Shown: positions 50,258-64,000 of the stretch, piece by piece
Layout of the letters: each line of letters starts with the position of its first letter
How positions within the stretch are numbered: position 1 is the first letter of the stretch
DNA from: Auanema rhodensis
Taxonomy: Eukaryota > Animalia > Nematoda
Length of the DNA stretch: 64,000 bases
Reading direction: 5' to 3'
Assembly (NCBI GenBank): GCA_964057225.1
Contig: OZ059894.1
Location: forward strand, 15,872,001 to 15,936,000
Notes under the pieces: generated by a model
What the model was told of the DNA's origin: nothing
Seen by the model: only the letters and a program-made list of their open reading frames with translations
The model's database searches: none
Program-made: the position numbers and the translations under genes

Positions 50258-53200
50258 TTTAAATGTTGAATAGTATTCTAGTTACTCATGAGGTGACTAG
50301 AAGAACTTGTACCACTATTCACAAAGAGCGTATGAGATAGAGTGATATATCTTAGTGGTCCAGAGTGAATTATAGGTTATAGTGCGGCCACAGTGTCTAG
50401 TAGATGCAATATTAAGATATGATGAGCGATAGGATATAGTTAAGACGAGCCTGGACGACTGCGAGGCCGCAGGTCAAGGCAGCACAATACACTGACGACA
50501 GCCCCCTAGCCGGTTACCAACTACGGAGATAGCGCGGAAAGTTCGTGGGGAGACAAGAAATGACAGGAGCTGCTCCAAAAGTAAACAAAAAAGTCATTGC
50601 AGCTGCACCTCCACTCGAAAGATAACCAAAAAGGAACTGTTTTGATTTGTGTCAATCCAAGTGTGATGAGATCATAGAAGCTAAGTATGAAAAGAAGAAC
50701 AAAAATTAGTAAGAAATAAATATGGGGTATACTGTTCATGGACAACAGCAATAGCAAACATGCGAGAGAATAAATAGTGAGTACCAAAGGAAGACAGAAA
50801 ATAGTAACGTTCACAGAGTCGAAATATTAGCTCTCATTACTTCTAAATTACATAGAGAATTAAGAATGTCTTCAACAAGCTCATATTTTTATATGCGCAA
50901 TTAGCATGCTGAACAATTACAAATTATCGAGAAAAAATCAATGCTATAAGTATTCTCAATGGAAATTCGATAAAGAACACAAAAAAGGAAAAGAAATGGT
51001 AGAGCGGCCAATTGGTTAAATGTGAGAGAAATGGCGAATTGCGATATGTGAGTTGACACTGCAATGCAGGCAAGTCAGCCTGCTAAGGGATTAACAATAC
51101 GCACATAAAGCATACCAATACCAAATGGATTGAATCTTTTTAGGAAAAATTAGAAAAACTAAAATGAAAACAAAACATTAGATGTGAATACTTCCCAGTA
51201 CAAAAAACACTCATTAGTGGAACACCAGATGCGACTCAGAGTACGCGAATAAAAATTATAAAACAGACCGTGCGCCGACTATGAAAGAGGAGAAATGAAA
51301 GCACAATATTGCGGTCAATCTGGAGGCCGTGAGGCACTCAGTAACGTGACAGACAGAGATGGAAAAAATGGTGAGCATAAGAACACGACCGCAGCTGGCA
51401 AAGAGTGATGTACAATAGGCAGATAGAAAATTAATATCCAAAAGAAAAACAAAAATAATCAATAAAATTTGGATACAACAGTTACAAAACATCAAAACAG
51501 TAAAGAACATAAGGTAATTAACTAAAAAATAGAAGTAAATATAACTAAAGCATTTGAAAATATAATTTTATATAAAGGCGAATTCCTGTCAAATTCTAAA
51601 CGCAAAACTGATAACAAAATTCCTTTAGCAGTATGGGACTGATTCTGTAATGCCAAACGAGTCATAGTGTCCGATATTGATCGGCTCGCAATTGAAGATT
51701 GAAACCACAACAAGAAAAATAGGACTATGGAGGACATATACAAAACGTAATGAAACAGTGTCAGAATTGCAACGGCTAATACTTCCCTTAAAAATTGAAA
51801 TCGAAAAAGTAAAAAATTGGCAGAATAAGAGGGTCATTTCATTTTGTGTCCTATTGGGAACATTAATGTAAACAAGATTAAAATAAATAAGAAGTATGTA
51901 TAAAGACATTGATTTCGTAAAGATATCAGCTTAACAAGACGACGATTATAATCGGGAGTGATGAGCGTGGTTAGTTGATGAGCCAATACAGGCAACAAAC
52001 CAGAAAATTTATAAAACTATGACTAATATCTAAACAAAGCAAAAAAGTAAAAATGGAATATTCTCCTTTTATTTTGAAGTACACATGCGCTTATGTCCAC
52101 AAGCAAATAATAGAAATACTGATAAGACGTCATGATAAACGCACAGCATTGTATATTTTTCAACGAATTATCTATACAATTTCATATGGCAATATAGATT
52201 TGCAACTTCATTGGTTATTCGATTTTAACAAAATAAACATTTGCTCGAAAAAAAGCAAACGAATGACCTTCAAAAAGAACAATCTAATAGTGCGCAACCA
52301 CGTTGGCACTTTGAAAGAAAAGAAATTCGAATTCAGGACCATTTCAGATCTCAACCAGGCTGTGAAAACATGTAGCAAAAAATGTGTTAAGAATAGGTTG
52401 GATGAACACAAAGAAGAATGAATAAAAATAGTAGAGAAAACATTGCTGAAAGGAAAGTAGAGCTGTACATTTAATATTTCATTGATAAAATACAATGAAG
52501 AAAATAGCAAAACAGCATCTCTCCATGAAAATATCAAAGATGGCTAATATAGTTTCTTAGTGCAAACTATCACAAATCGTTCCAGAACAAACTCTATATG
52601 TACATAAAAAGATGACTCCTTCTAGAAGATAAGCATAAATTTAAACACGTTTTCCAATAAAAAAAATGAAAAAAAAGCTCGAACTCTCCAATTTGAATTA
52701 AATGAAGATCCGCGCTCGTTGACCCTGGGCCTGGTCATTAGCAGTAGCGCGCAGTATTAGGCGCAAGGCGTCTTGACAAACATCTGCATTCCAAAATCGA
52801 ATTTTAAGTTTCATTCTCAGTTGAATTACAATATTATTAGTGATTAATGACTTGAAGTATGGCTGAGAATAGTGAAAAAAATTGGAATTAAACAAAAGTA
52901 AGACTCTGAAATTCCCATCTTTCAACTTTCTTCCAAGTACTGTTAGCATTCGGTTTCAACCTACTGATGTATTCTTAACTTCGCAGGTCATGAAAATATA
53001 ATTAAGTAACTTCTATAATAATTGAAATTACCATGTCAAGTCCAAATGGCTAGCACTAAGAGTGGAATGATTTCAATTTTATTCCTTCTTCTGAAAGAAA
53101 AGGTTTGGTTACTTCTGATGTGGCAATTGTTTATATTAAGCAATACTTGTATTTCTGCTGAAAATTATATTTTCTATTCAAATTTATTAATTAATCAATA

Positions 53201-53615
53201 CTTTTTCTGGTGAATTCCCATGTACATTTATATATGATTTCGCCTGCATACCCCTCAACATCCAAAAAAAATTCCTGTTACCTCTCAAGGTCTGCCAGTT
53301 TTCTACAAAAAAAAATCTTTTTTTTTTTAATGAGAAATTGAAGAGGAAAGGAGTGGGAGTATTTCAAATGGTTTTGAAATATTCTGTTTTACAAAAATGA
53401 TTCATCTGTTAGCAATTTTTCCCACCTACGAAGTCCTTTTCGTATCATATAATGTTGCTTATTTTATCACCATCCAAATTCCATTTTTTTTAGTTTTCCA
53501 TTAAGCGGATAATATTTTTTGTTATTATCTTTTTATTATGAGTATAAATGAGAGAGAATAAATGTATCATGTATATCTATGTACATGTATGACTTACAGT
53601 CCTCGACTTGCGATC

Positions 53616-55220
53616 TTAACTAATGATTAACAAGTCAACCTGAATCCCGCCTGTATAACACGATTGAACTAACATTTTACCGAAAATCCACTCTTTTGTA
53701 TTTCCGTAAATCAAAATTATAAAACATCTCACATAGCTTATAAGTATTTGCGGCATATGTTCCTCAAAAGTAGAGGTGTGTCCAAGCATTACATAGTTGT
53801 AGATTAACAAAAATAAAAATAGTCTGTGCAAACAAAAAAATTTTATTATACTCTCTTAGTTTACTTTATAGGTAAAGATTTTATACGGTCCCTAATTCGC
53901 TTTATCATATATTTCTATTTGAAATTTTAAAATAGCATCAGCTGTTTTTATTTGTTTGCGTTTTTTATAAACTTACATGTGTTATATTCATGTGTCCTAA
54001 GTTAACTTTTCCAATATATAGGAATAATTATATTTTTAAACAAGATATTATTTTAAGCCTTATTACTTGGATTCACGAACATTTTTGTCAAGTAGTATTC
54101 ATTTGTTGAATCAGCAATGTAGACAAGAACGACTGAAGGGCCAAGAGTTGCTTTCATCGATATTGTATAAGATTTATCGTTAGACGTTGGACCCAAATAC
54201 GTTTTTATACTGTGATATTTACCGATAAATTACAAAGTTATTACTCAATAAGCATTTTCCAACTTGAATGGTTTTGAGCTAATGTATGACATTTTTAACA
54301 AGTCGTATATACATTATTGTAACAACTTTGCCAAATGAAACGAATGGTTTTGTTGTACATGAGTGTCAAAAAGCCAAAAATATTAAAAAATGCTTCTTGA
54401 ACTTATGACATTGCCTTCATATATAAAATCTGATAGTAAAGTACTCAATATATTGACGGGAACAGGAATGAATTAATATCTTAAGAATCATATACGATTT
54501 TAATTTAAATTTATTTTTATCTTTAATTGGATATAATCTTGTTATCATTATATCACCGCAAAAAATCCATGTGCGATAATGTAAAGCGGGATTAGCAAAA
54601 ACCTGTGAATATTTTGTGCTCGCCAGATTCTCATTTTCGACATTATTATCATCTTGAAAATTCAAATTAGATGTAAATCCAGTTAGTTCAAATTGAATAA
54701 ATTTGCAACATATATCATCATTTCGAAAAACCATAGTTATATGATTCTCCAGATTGACCGGTACAACAGTGAATTGAACATACATATTCTCCAATATTGT
54801 ATGGTAACTTTGAGGGAGGTAATCATGGAATAATTTGATACTAGACAAAAAGAAACTATTGGAAAATGGACAGATAGCTTAGCAGTTCCATTTTTTAGCA
54901 ATTGAAAATGGATCAATGAGTAAGAAGGGTGAGTCATGTTATCATACATAAGGAGCATAATTGTGAACTGAACTCTTGAATGCGTCAATCGTTAGGGAAG
55001 CTACCAAACATTTTTCCACAACAATCTAGTAACATAATATTCAGCATGAAATGATTAACTGATTGAGAATCACCTATGATACCAGCAGTTAAACTTATAT
55101 GGGTAGGAGAAAATGTTGTTGTTGGTTATAAAAAATTACTAGGTCGGCTGAACCATTCTGTGTCTTTGCATACTCAGTAAATATACTAGAATATGAAAAC
55201 ACTATTCAAACTTACACCAT
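53616..55220 (-). pseudogene. Probable decayed or highly divergent CUB-containing (lectin-like) gene
   Basis: ORF 54417-54848 has a CUB-like pattern (YLPQSY...ITMVF..DDICCKFIQF...WIFCGD). Flanking segments contain stops and I could not build a clean splice model. Confidence 0.3.
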
Positions 55221-56209
55221 TGTAATCTAGCATAAACTAAAATACAATTAAAAGAAACCATTTTTATCATGATTATTCGGTGAATCAAAAAGTGAAATGC
55301 TCTAACAAAACCTTTTAAAACAATAAATTTTAAAAAATGAAATGCATCAAGCAATTTCTAGCCTAATCAGGTAAACGAGGGAAAGACTAGAATAATTAAT
55401 ATTATAATATATCTAGCAGAAAGATATACTACATCTTTATTCTGATTTTTAAATTTATTTAATTTGATTTGATATAAGTAATATATATCATTGGAAACAT
55501 TTTGTTTCCTTATTACAAAAATATTCTGCAGTTGTCATATCAACATAATAAAAATAAATAAGGCAAAAATTAGTAGAAAACTGTTAATACTTAAATTTAC
55601 ATTTTGAGTCTAACACGGAAAAATAGGAGAATCATATATAAATCGACTTGTGTACTTATATATCATAAATATATATATATATATATAGACAAGTCGATTT
55701 AATATGAAACTCAAGAAAATTTAATCATTTGATGAAATAATAGATTATGAAGTAAATAGTATCTTCCGAGCAAATCATAATTTTTCAAAGTTTTCTTTAT
55801 CATAGACTTCATTCTCACATTTTATTCATTTCTTGTTAAATAGTCAAAACTTCATATAAAATCACATTCCTTAGATTTAAGATACTGTTCGCCCTCAATT
55901 ACACATAATTTTACTTTATTTTTCCTTTACTTACATAGCAGAATTTAGGTTCCATAGTATTTTGTTTCTCAGATTCACTGTGCCAAAAAGCTGGCTAATA
56001 GTTAAAATAATACGCAAAAAAGCGTAAAAAAGGCAACGCAACTTTGCACGTTTTCGAAATTGTATTGTTAATTGTGATTTCAAAAATATATATTCTTTGA
56101 TAAATTGTTTGTCATGTTTTGTGTATTGAATTGGTTGATAATCGAAATATAAACATGCGATGTTCGTTGTATAATGCGTTTTTCGTTTTCTTATTCTAAT
56201 TTCAGCATT

Positions 56210-59200
56210 ATGTCTTCTAAATATGCTAAAAAGCGTAAAGTATTTGATGAAGATACATCAGAAGAAGGCCAAAGAAATCGTCAGCGGCAAAAAGAAAAAG
56301 AGAAAATTCGCGAAAACAGAGATTCTTCTGCTTCTTCCGTAGAATCGGACTCTGGAAGAGAGAAGAAGTAGTACGGAACAAAATATTTATTCTAACAGTA
56401 TCATTTCAGACGTTCAAAACAAAAGGGTTCTCCTAAACATGATGCAGAAGATGCGTAAGTAATGTCTCAATATTTATTATTTTTTTTTACAATTTGAAGT
56501 GAGTCCTTAACCATCGACGAAACTAATAAGTTGCGAGCTCAATTAGGACTGGCACCATTAGAAGATGATACTCCCAAAGTTAGATAATTTATTAAACAAA
56601 ACAATCAATATAATTGAAGATTCGTGAAGACGAAGATGGATCCAAGGTTGTAGTAGAAGATGGAATGGAATTTCGACATAAGAAAGCTGAAAATTGGGCT
56701 GAAAAAAAACGGCAGCAAGAGATTCGTGATAAGCTGGAGGTATCTTTAGTGTGTTTTTTTCTAATTCTATTTTCTCCCTCGAGTTTGAATACAAAAAAAA
56801 AATTTAGGTCTCTAAACGGAAACGGGAGATCGGAAGTAAATTTTTCAAAACTAAAGGACTTGCCGATTCTGATTCTGATGATGATACTGAAGGTTCGAAG
56901 TTAAAGTTAATTTATATTCAACCTGTTTTTTAAGCATGGATTAGCAAGCAAAGAAAAGCCGAAGAGGAAAGAAAAAAAGCAGCTGAGAGAGTATGCTTCA
57001 TTTTGCCGTAATTTTATACTATGTTCTTTGTTTCCAGGCAAAAATGCTTGATGATATGGATGAAGACTTTACTCAAAGTGCTGATGCTGAAGTAAAAAAA
57101 AAAGTAAAGAAGTCAAAGGTTTTTTTTCTATTTTTATTGCAATTGTGTATACATGATGTTAGGCACCAAAAGAGGCGTGTACTGCCGGTTTAGTAATTGG
57201 CCATTCTAAAGAAGCTTTCGTAGAAATGAGAGATCAAATACTGGTATTAGAAGATAAAGGTTATGCGTAATCATATGTTGTAGTAATACTGTTTCTCGTT
57301 GTTAGGTGTGTTGGATGATGGTGATGAGACTCTTGTTAATCCAAATATGCTTGATAACGAAAGGCATAAGAGGAATATGGAATTAAAAAGAAGAAAGGAT
57401 GCTGCAAAAGGATTCACAGAAGATTTCGATCGTTATGGAAATGTTAGCTTTCTTTTCTGTCAATTTTTTTATTTTGTTTTGTCCAGCCGCTTGATAAGGG
57501 TATATTGGCCAAATATGATGACGAACTAGAAGGTTATCAAAAAGACACTTTCCGTTTGGATGATCAGGGAAGCTTCGACATAGATAAAGAGGAGAGGTAA
57601 TATTTCTGGTTGTAACGTTTTCTTTATAAGTGCTTGTTGAGGGAAATGAGAATCAAACGTCAACTTGAAATAGCTGGTAAAACACTGGTTAACATGGATA
57701 TGCCTAAATATACAGTTGGTAGCGATTTCTATACACAGGTTTACTTTCTATAGTGATTCTTTTTTATATGTTCTTGTAGGAAGAGATGATCGAATTCCGA
57801 AAATCTAAAAAAGGCAAAAAGGATAAAGCTAAAATTAGGAAACGTGGAAAGATTTTGAAAGCCGATGATTTGATCCCAGTGGAACCTGCAGGCTCTTCTA
57901 ATCTTGGCTCCAGGTTAAGATATTTCCTATTGCTCTTACCATATAATGTTATAGGGACAAAGGATCAAGAGTTAAGATCGAAGAAAACGATGAAGCTGTT
58001 GAAGTCAAAAAGGTTTTTTCTCGATTCTATTGATTATCAAAAGTTGTTTTACAGGAGACTCAACATGAACATATGGATGTTGAACCTGAAGAGGGTGGTC
58101 CTTGGAAAAAAGTTGTTCAAGGTGCTGTAGATGTCGAAAGACTAAAGAAGTTAGCATGCAAGGAAGACGAGGAATCAGATAGCGATGGTTGATTTAAAAC
58201 CTTACTCTTAATTTCGAAACAAACGAATTTTAGAAGAATTCGGTCAAAATAATTTGGCTGGAATTGTGATCGATGATGATGCTGAGGATGAACTACATGG
58301 AATCCTTGATAAAACAAGAAAATTGAAACATATTGAATCTAAGCCGGTTATTGATTCTGCTAAAAAGGTAAAATATTGTTTTATGAAAAAAATGGTGTTT
58401 ATCTGTTAAGATACATGAAATTGTTGCTTCAATGGAAGATAGTGAAATGAAGGAGGAAGAGGAGGATGTAGAGAAACCTGATGGCATTGTTATCGATTCC
58501 ACTATGGAGTATTGTCGTAATATTGGAGAAAACTTGACTTATGGTTTAGCTGGAAACCGTAATGATGCCGTTGATATGTCCGAGATGCAAAGTGACGATG
58601 AAAGTGCTGCAATTTCGTGAGTTTTTTTTATCAAGCACAGTTCAACCAACTATTTTAGAAAATGGAAGAAAAATAATGCTGATCGTGAGAAAGAAAAAGC
58701 ACCCAAGGATAAAAAAGAAAAGGTACTCAGTAATAAAAGAGTCAACAGACCAGAGCACTTCTTTTTAGGATACTAAAGGGGGCTGGACTGATCCTAGTAC
58801 ATCTGATTCTAGAATTGATAGTGATGACGAGCGTGAGTTGGAAAAAGCAAAAGATGAGGTATTCAATTGCTTAATATTTAATTAAAGTTAATTCATTTAG
58901 GTTCCTCAATCCGATTCTGACGACGACAATGAAAAGATGGAGTATGAAAATGTATTAGGTAACGAGGCTGATGTTACTAAAGGAGTTGGAGCTATGCTGA
59001 AACTTGCTCATCAAAAAGTTAATTTTTAAACATTTCAGCTGATTTCGATTTTGTTTTCAGGGTTATTTAAATGATCCTAATGCTCACCGTAAAAGTGGTC
59101 AGAATCTTGATCACTTGAAAAACAAATCTAAAACACAAGTGGATGCTATGAGATAGTAAAACTAATATTTAAAAAAATATGTAATGCCAAGCTTTTAGTG

Positions 59201-59753
59201 ACATCGATGATAAGTGTTTCAAAAGATTAGAAAAGTTAGGAACTACGTCGCGAGGACCTGTCATACCATTTGTTGAAAAACGAGGGTATAATCCAGAGGT
59301 TTTATTTGTTGTAAATATTTAAATTTATAATGATTTTTAGGTGAACTTAGAATATGTTGATAATAAGGGAAGAACTATGGAAGCCAAAGATGCATATAGG
59401 GAATTATCATATAAGTAAGATTTTATTGTATTGACAAGTAAAAATACTTTTCTAGATTCCATGGGCGTAATCCCGGTAAGAAGCAAACTGAAAAGAGAAT
59501 GGTGCAGAGAGAGAAGAAAGAAATGCTTAAGCAGGTGCAGTATTTTTCGTAGTAGTCTATCTTATTCTATTAATTCAGATGAATTCTTCGGATACTCCTC
59601 TTGGAACTCTGTCGAAACAGTTGAAGAAGCAAGAGCAACTACAAACACCTTATCTGGTGCTTAGTGGATCAGGAAGGAGCGATCAGTATGTTGAACACAA
59701 AACAAAGACTTAAATATTGTATTACTTTCAGCACTTCAATTAAAAAAGAATAA
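56210..59753 (+). CDS. sart-1: U4/U6.U5 tri-snRNP protein SART-1/Snu66 (~25 exons)
   Basis: HIND motif SLTIDETNKLRAQLGLAPL, LVLEDKGVLD, STMEYCRNIG, LEYVDNKGR..KDAYRELSYKFHG..PGK, MNSSDTPLGT, TPYLVLSG. TTTCAG lies 4 nt before the ATG. Confidence 0.94.
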
Positions 59754-59987
59754 ATTCATCCTGTACATCTTCAATACTGCGTTAGTAAAATCTTTGTGGG
59801 CCTATTCTAAACTTGTTTATTTATATTTTTAATAAATATTTTGTCTTCTAATTTCCTGTTAAAATTATATGCATGAGATACTAATATCGTTTGGTAGCTT
59901 AAAAATGGCACGTGAAAAAAACGTGAAAAATTTTTCATTTCTAAAATAACAAAAAGAAAATTAGTCCATCGCGTTGAAAAGTTGAAA

Positions 59988-61600
59988 ATGGTAATACATT
60001 CAGTTTTTAAGTTGAAGTAATCGTAATTTAGGATTCAAACATATTGACGAGGAATGGAGATCTATGTTTATGCAAGCACAATGCTAAGGTATTTTAATCT
60101 ATTGTGCATCTGAATAAGTAATGTATAGGCCACAAATAGCATCCAGCCAATAAATGTAACTTCGAAAGTTTTAATTGATTCACAAGGTTCTTTAAGAACA
60201 ATGAAGAGAGTATGTTTTTTCGTAAACTACATTTATCCATTCCAAGCAGGTCATTGCAATAACTACCAGCACACATAGTGATTCAATAGTTCCTCTTCGT
60301 TTGTCGCTTCAAAGAGAAAAAAACATCGAAGGTGAAAATGCATTTGTTCGTACTGGAAATGGCGCCTTGCTGATTTCAGTAACATCAAACATTTCGGTAT
60401 ATTTTCATATACTTTTAAAAAATCTGTCAATGTTTTTTTCAGAACCAAACCGCTACCCGAACTTCTTTGTATAATTTTTCTGATTCGGAAGAATCACGCA
60501 ATCGTGTAGAGAAAAATTCTTTAAGCTTATCAGGTTGAAATAGTTTTTTATTTCATTCTTTTATCTTGAAATTTGAAGATGTACTCTCACATAATGTTGA
60601 ATTAAAAAAACCTCTTACTGTAACAATAAAAGAAAAACAAACTAAATTTGGATCGCGTATTTCCCAGTGCATTGAAATTTTGGGATCAACAACAGAAGCG
60701 AATAAGAGAGTAAGACTTAATCAATTATTTATTTTAATTGCAATTTTTAAGAGAATAGAACGAGCTGATAAAAAAATCGCTGAACATGGCATTATATCTT
60801 CAGAGAGAATCACAGTTGGTAATGGGTATCTTAGACTGCACTTGGATACGATAATCATGGATTTTCCGTTGGTTTGTTAATAGGTCGTATCTAAAAAATA
60901 TATTCATGCTAGATACAAATCATACACAATCGAAGTTTCAACATCACGAATATTATTACTGAGATATTCCAACATCCGAATTCTTCTGAAAAGTATCTAG
61001 ATGCATTAAAAACAAAAACAGTAGTTATTTTATAGGACAGACAATGAAGGTTTAGAATCAGATGAACAACATGTTGAGCTGAAATTAGTATCACAAAATG
61101 AGAAATCGTTATTTCAGAATGTTGTGGAAGCATTGGACAACTCAGTGCCATTGTATGGTATTATTTCAGATACCGAAACTAGTAAGACAGGAACTCCAAA
61201 CTTAACTTCAAGTTTGAGCTACCGTTCGAGCAGGACTAGCATGGCTTCGGTTAAATCCAGACCGGCAACTCCATTTGTTAAGAAAAGGAATGGCTTATCG
61301 AAAACATCCGCTACTCCAAATTTAGCCAATATATCAGCGAACTCTTCGACAGGATCAATAGTTTTAGGAAGTTCTGAAAATGTTAATACGTTAATTTGGT
61401 CATATTCTTCATACGCTTTTTCCAGAGTCGAAAAGCTATCAGAAAAAACAAAAAAAATATGTTCATATTATGTGGTATAAGACTATAATTGTTCATATAT
61501 GCAAACTCATTTTTAAGAGCTTCGCAAAGGCAATCTATTTGGTAAATCAAGAAGACTATGATTAAGTACAAATGCTGTTAATGTTAATATTCCCGAAAAG
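59988..61600 (+). CDS. Hypothetical multi-exon protein with Ser/Thr-rich basic C-terminal region; model uncertain
   Basis: Open segments flanked by short GT-AG introns (e.g. ~60442-60531, ~60579-60709, ~61118-61381), but no fully consistent splice path was found. Confidence 0.4.
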
Positions 61601-61974
61601 GCAGGGTGATGCTAATAATAGAAAAAAGAAATAATGACGTTCATGTTTTATTATATTTAACAAATGTAATAGATATCTAAAGTGTTAGTTCTAAAATGGT
61701 ATGATATACAATTCCCAGATGAAATAATTGGACATAGCAAAAAATTATTACGATTTTATTAGATTTTTACATCATTTGATGATAGGATATGAGAAAACAA
61801 GAAATACTACCTGTAGGGCAGAACATAAGCACCGATTGGAGACGAAAACAAAAGAAAATTTGAGAGAGTTGTCGTATAGTTAGTATAGTACAAGTTAGTT
61901 TGGATACGTAAATGGAAATAAGTACAGTACAAGAAGAATATAAAAAAAATATTTAAATTACAAGTATAAACTAT

Positions 61975-62992
61975 TTACATATATGGCGACAGACTTCCAG
62001 AAGAAGCAGTAGGTGAACTCAAGTCTATGGAGAGTGGGGAAAACTGACCAAAAGAACTAGAAGGAGAAGGTGTATTGGGTACAACAGATTCCCTGTAAGG
62101 TACATATCCGGACTGCTGTGGTCTAGTGTTCAAACGAATTGGACCACCGGAACATCCTTTGAAGGACTGTTGCAGCTCTTTGCGAGTAATGGGTACCTTC
62201 AAATAAGCAGTTAAATTATAGAAAATCTAATTTGGAACTTGCCTTCTTCTGCTGGTAACTACAGTTAACTTCCATGTCGACAACAAACTTCTCAGCTCTT
62301 TTTGCCAACTCAGAAATGGTAGGTGTTAGGAAAAAGAACTAAAGGAATACAGAATTAATTGATTGTTCGATGTTTAAACTAACCTCGTGAAGAATGCCAA
62401 CATCCTTTGGTACAATCTTCTTAGCTCTTTTGGGAAGCCCTAGTACTTGACCGACTGTGGGTGTTTGGTACTTTACTGAAGACAATTTAAAATATAAGAC
62501 TCAAAATAGAAATTATAAAATACCTGGAGGAGCAACTTTCACGGGAGCGGAATGCTTAGGAAAGTTGGCATATGTAGCAGGAGTTTGAACCATATGATTC
62601 ATGGACTTCACTGCTAGAGGAGAGTATGGAAGAGGTTGCTTTCCATAGTTTTGCTGATAATAATCCTGACTACGCTGAACTTGATTCGGAGTAGAAACAT
62701 TCATAAGCACTGGCTGCACTTGGTTCATAGCAGTGTAACCCTGTTGATTCAATCCACAATCTCGTGCCATAGATGTCTGTTGTACTGGCATTTGTCTCAT
62801 ATTCATCTGAGGCATAGTTTGGTATGGGAATTGTGAATATTGTTGCTGATATTGGAAAGTATTCTGATAATACAGTCCATCATTCACTGAACGTCCGGAA
62901 GAAGATAAAGGCTTTTGATAAGGATTGAAATGAATGCTTTTATGATGATTGTTAACTTGATTGTCGTACATAGAATAAGTTCCGTAAGTCAT
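61975..62992 (-). CDS. Hypothetical protein with Gln/Tyr/Met-rich low-complexity N-terminus and Ser/Pro-rich tail (4 exons)
   Basis: TTTCAG then ATG at 62992. Exons join in frame through two GT-AG introns and one GC-AG intron to ...SGSLSPYM*. Confidence 0.75.
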
Positions 62993-64000
62993 CCTCTGAA
63001 ATAAGTCGTAAGTAATACAACATGTATCTAAGAAACATGAACGAAATAACACGGAAGTCGAGCAGAACTCGGAAAAGGCAGTAGCAGACAAGCTGAAAGA
63101 ATGAAGATGATATATCTGACTGACATAAATGGTACAGGATAATAGTGGGAGGAGCTTACAGTCGGAATTACCAACTTTTTCATGAACACCATAGTAACTA
63201 TGAACTCTTGAGAATATAAATTGTGAATAAAAACACGAGTAAAAATGAACTAGACTGATTAATATCTGTTAACAATTTCCACAAATTTTAGATTAACAAT
63301 TTGTTTCCATACATTATTTGAAAACATCATCACCAATCGTGGAATATCATTATTAATTCATCACTAATAGTAACATATCATAACTTCAATCATTTTTTTC
63401 AATCAATTTTTTGTACACACTGAAAACAATTCCTTTTTACCTTTTTTTCAATAGTATGCAAGCTCCATAAGCTTTTTAGCAAATTAACAACTGATTTGTC
63501 GTATCCCAAACCACAAAGTCAAATTTATGTTCACAAAACAGAAGATGAAAGAGAACTTTTGACCAAGCAAGTTCAAAACACTAAGCCTACATTGTATTAT
63601 AACTCAGAGTATTTTCACGCTTGTTTGTGAGCCGATGTACATATTGACAGCCTGACCTGTTCCAAATGAACAAGCGGAATCATGCTTTGACAAGGGTGTT
63701 ATTTAATTTTTCTGCAACATGTTTGAGATTATGAACACATTTATTACAGAATCAGAAAATGGTATTTTAATTAATATTAACAAAAATATGAATGAAATCA
63801 TAACAATAGATATATTATTTGTTAATATCGCTATCACATTGAAATTATGCGGGAAGCAATATTGATTACAAATAAATACTTTGATCTATGAGAAACACGC
63901 GGATTTTCTGTAATCGAAATCTTGCCAATGTAGTAACGTTTGATATAATCCATAAATTTTTTTGATGTAAAATATTATTTGTTTATAAAGAAGCTGTCCC

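Noticed and set aside
50521-52949. Hydrophobic minus-strand ORFs resembling membrane proteins, and ORF 52053-52421
   Set aside because: Explained by T-rich strand bias upstream of sma-1; no splice model or family motif.

Overview
AT-rich eukaryotic DNA from a rhabditid-type nematode, inferred from the gene content, TTTCAG/TTTTAG acceptors, probable trans-splice sites and very dense ~40-55 nt introns. Left to right: 3' part of adenylosuccinate synthetase (+), a secreted Cys-rich CC-type protein (-), decayed transposon-like fragments, an unknown secreted protein (-), mif-2 and SmD2/snr-4 (-), a U4 snRNA gene head-to-head with SmD2, a 5.5 kb array of ~27.6 copies of a 199/200-bp satellite with higher-order structure, ~7 kb of E-box-rich non-coding DNA upstream of egl-46/INSM1 (+), tRNA-Leu(TAA), a second CC-type secreted protein (+), a mariner relic, a C-type lectin/CUB gene (+), beta-heavy spectrin sma-1 (-, ~16 kb), a probable CUB pseudogene, SART-1/Snu66 (+) and two unassigned genes. 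Gene models were spliced by hand, so exon edges may be off by a few bases, and homology calls come from recalled family motifs, not searches. I found no clear-cut new biological system. The best leads are the U4/SmD2/satellite junction, the satellite higher-order repeat, candidate micro-exons, an alternative start and a non-consensus GC donor in sma-1, an intronic hairpin in ADSS, and the egl-46 cis-regulatory landscape.
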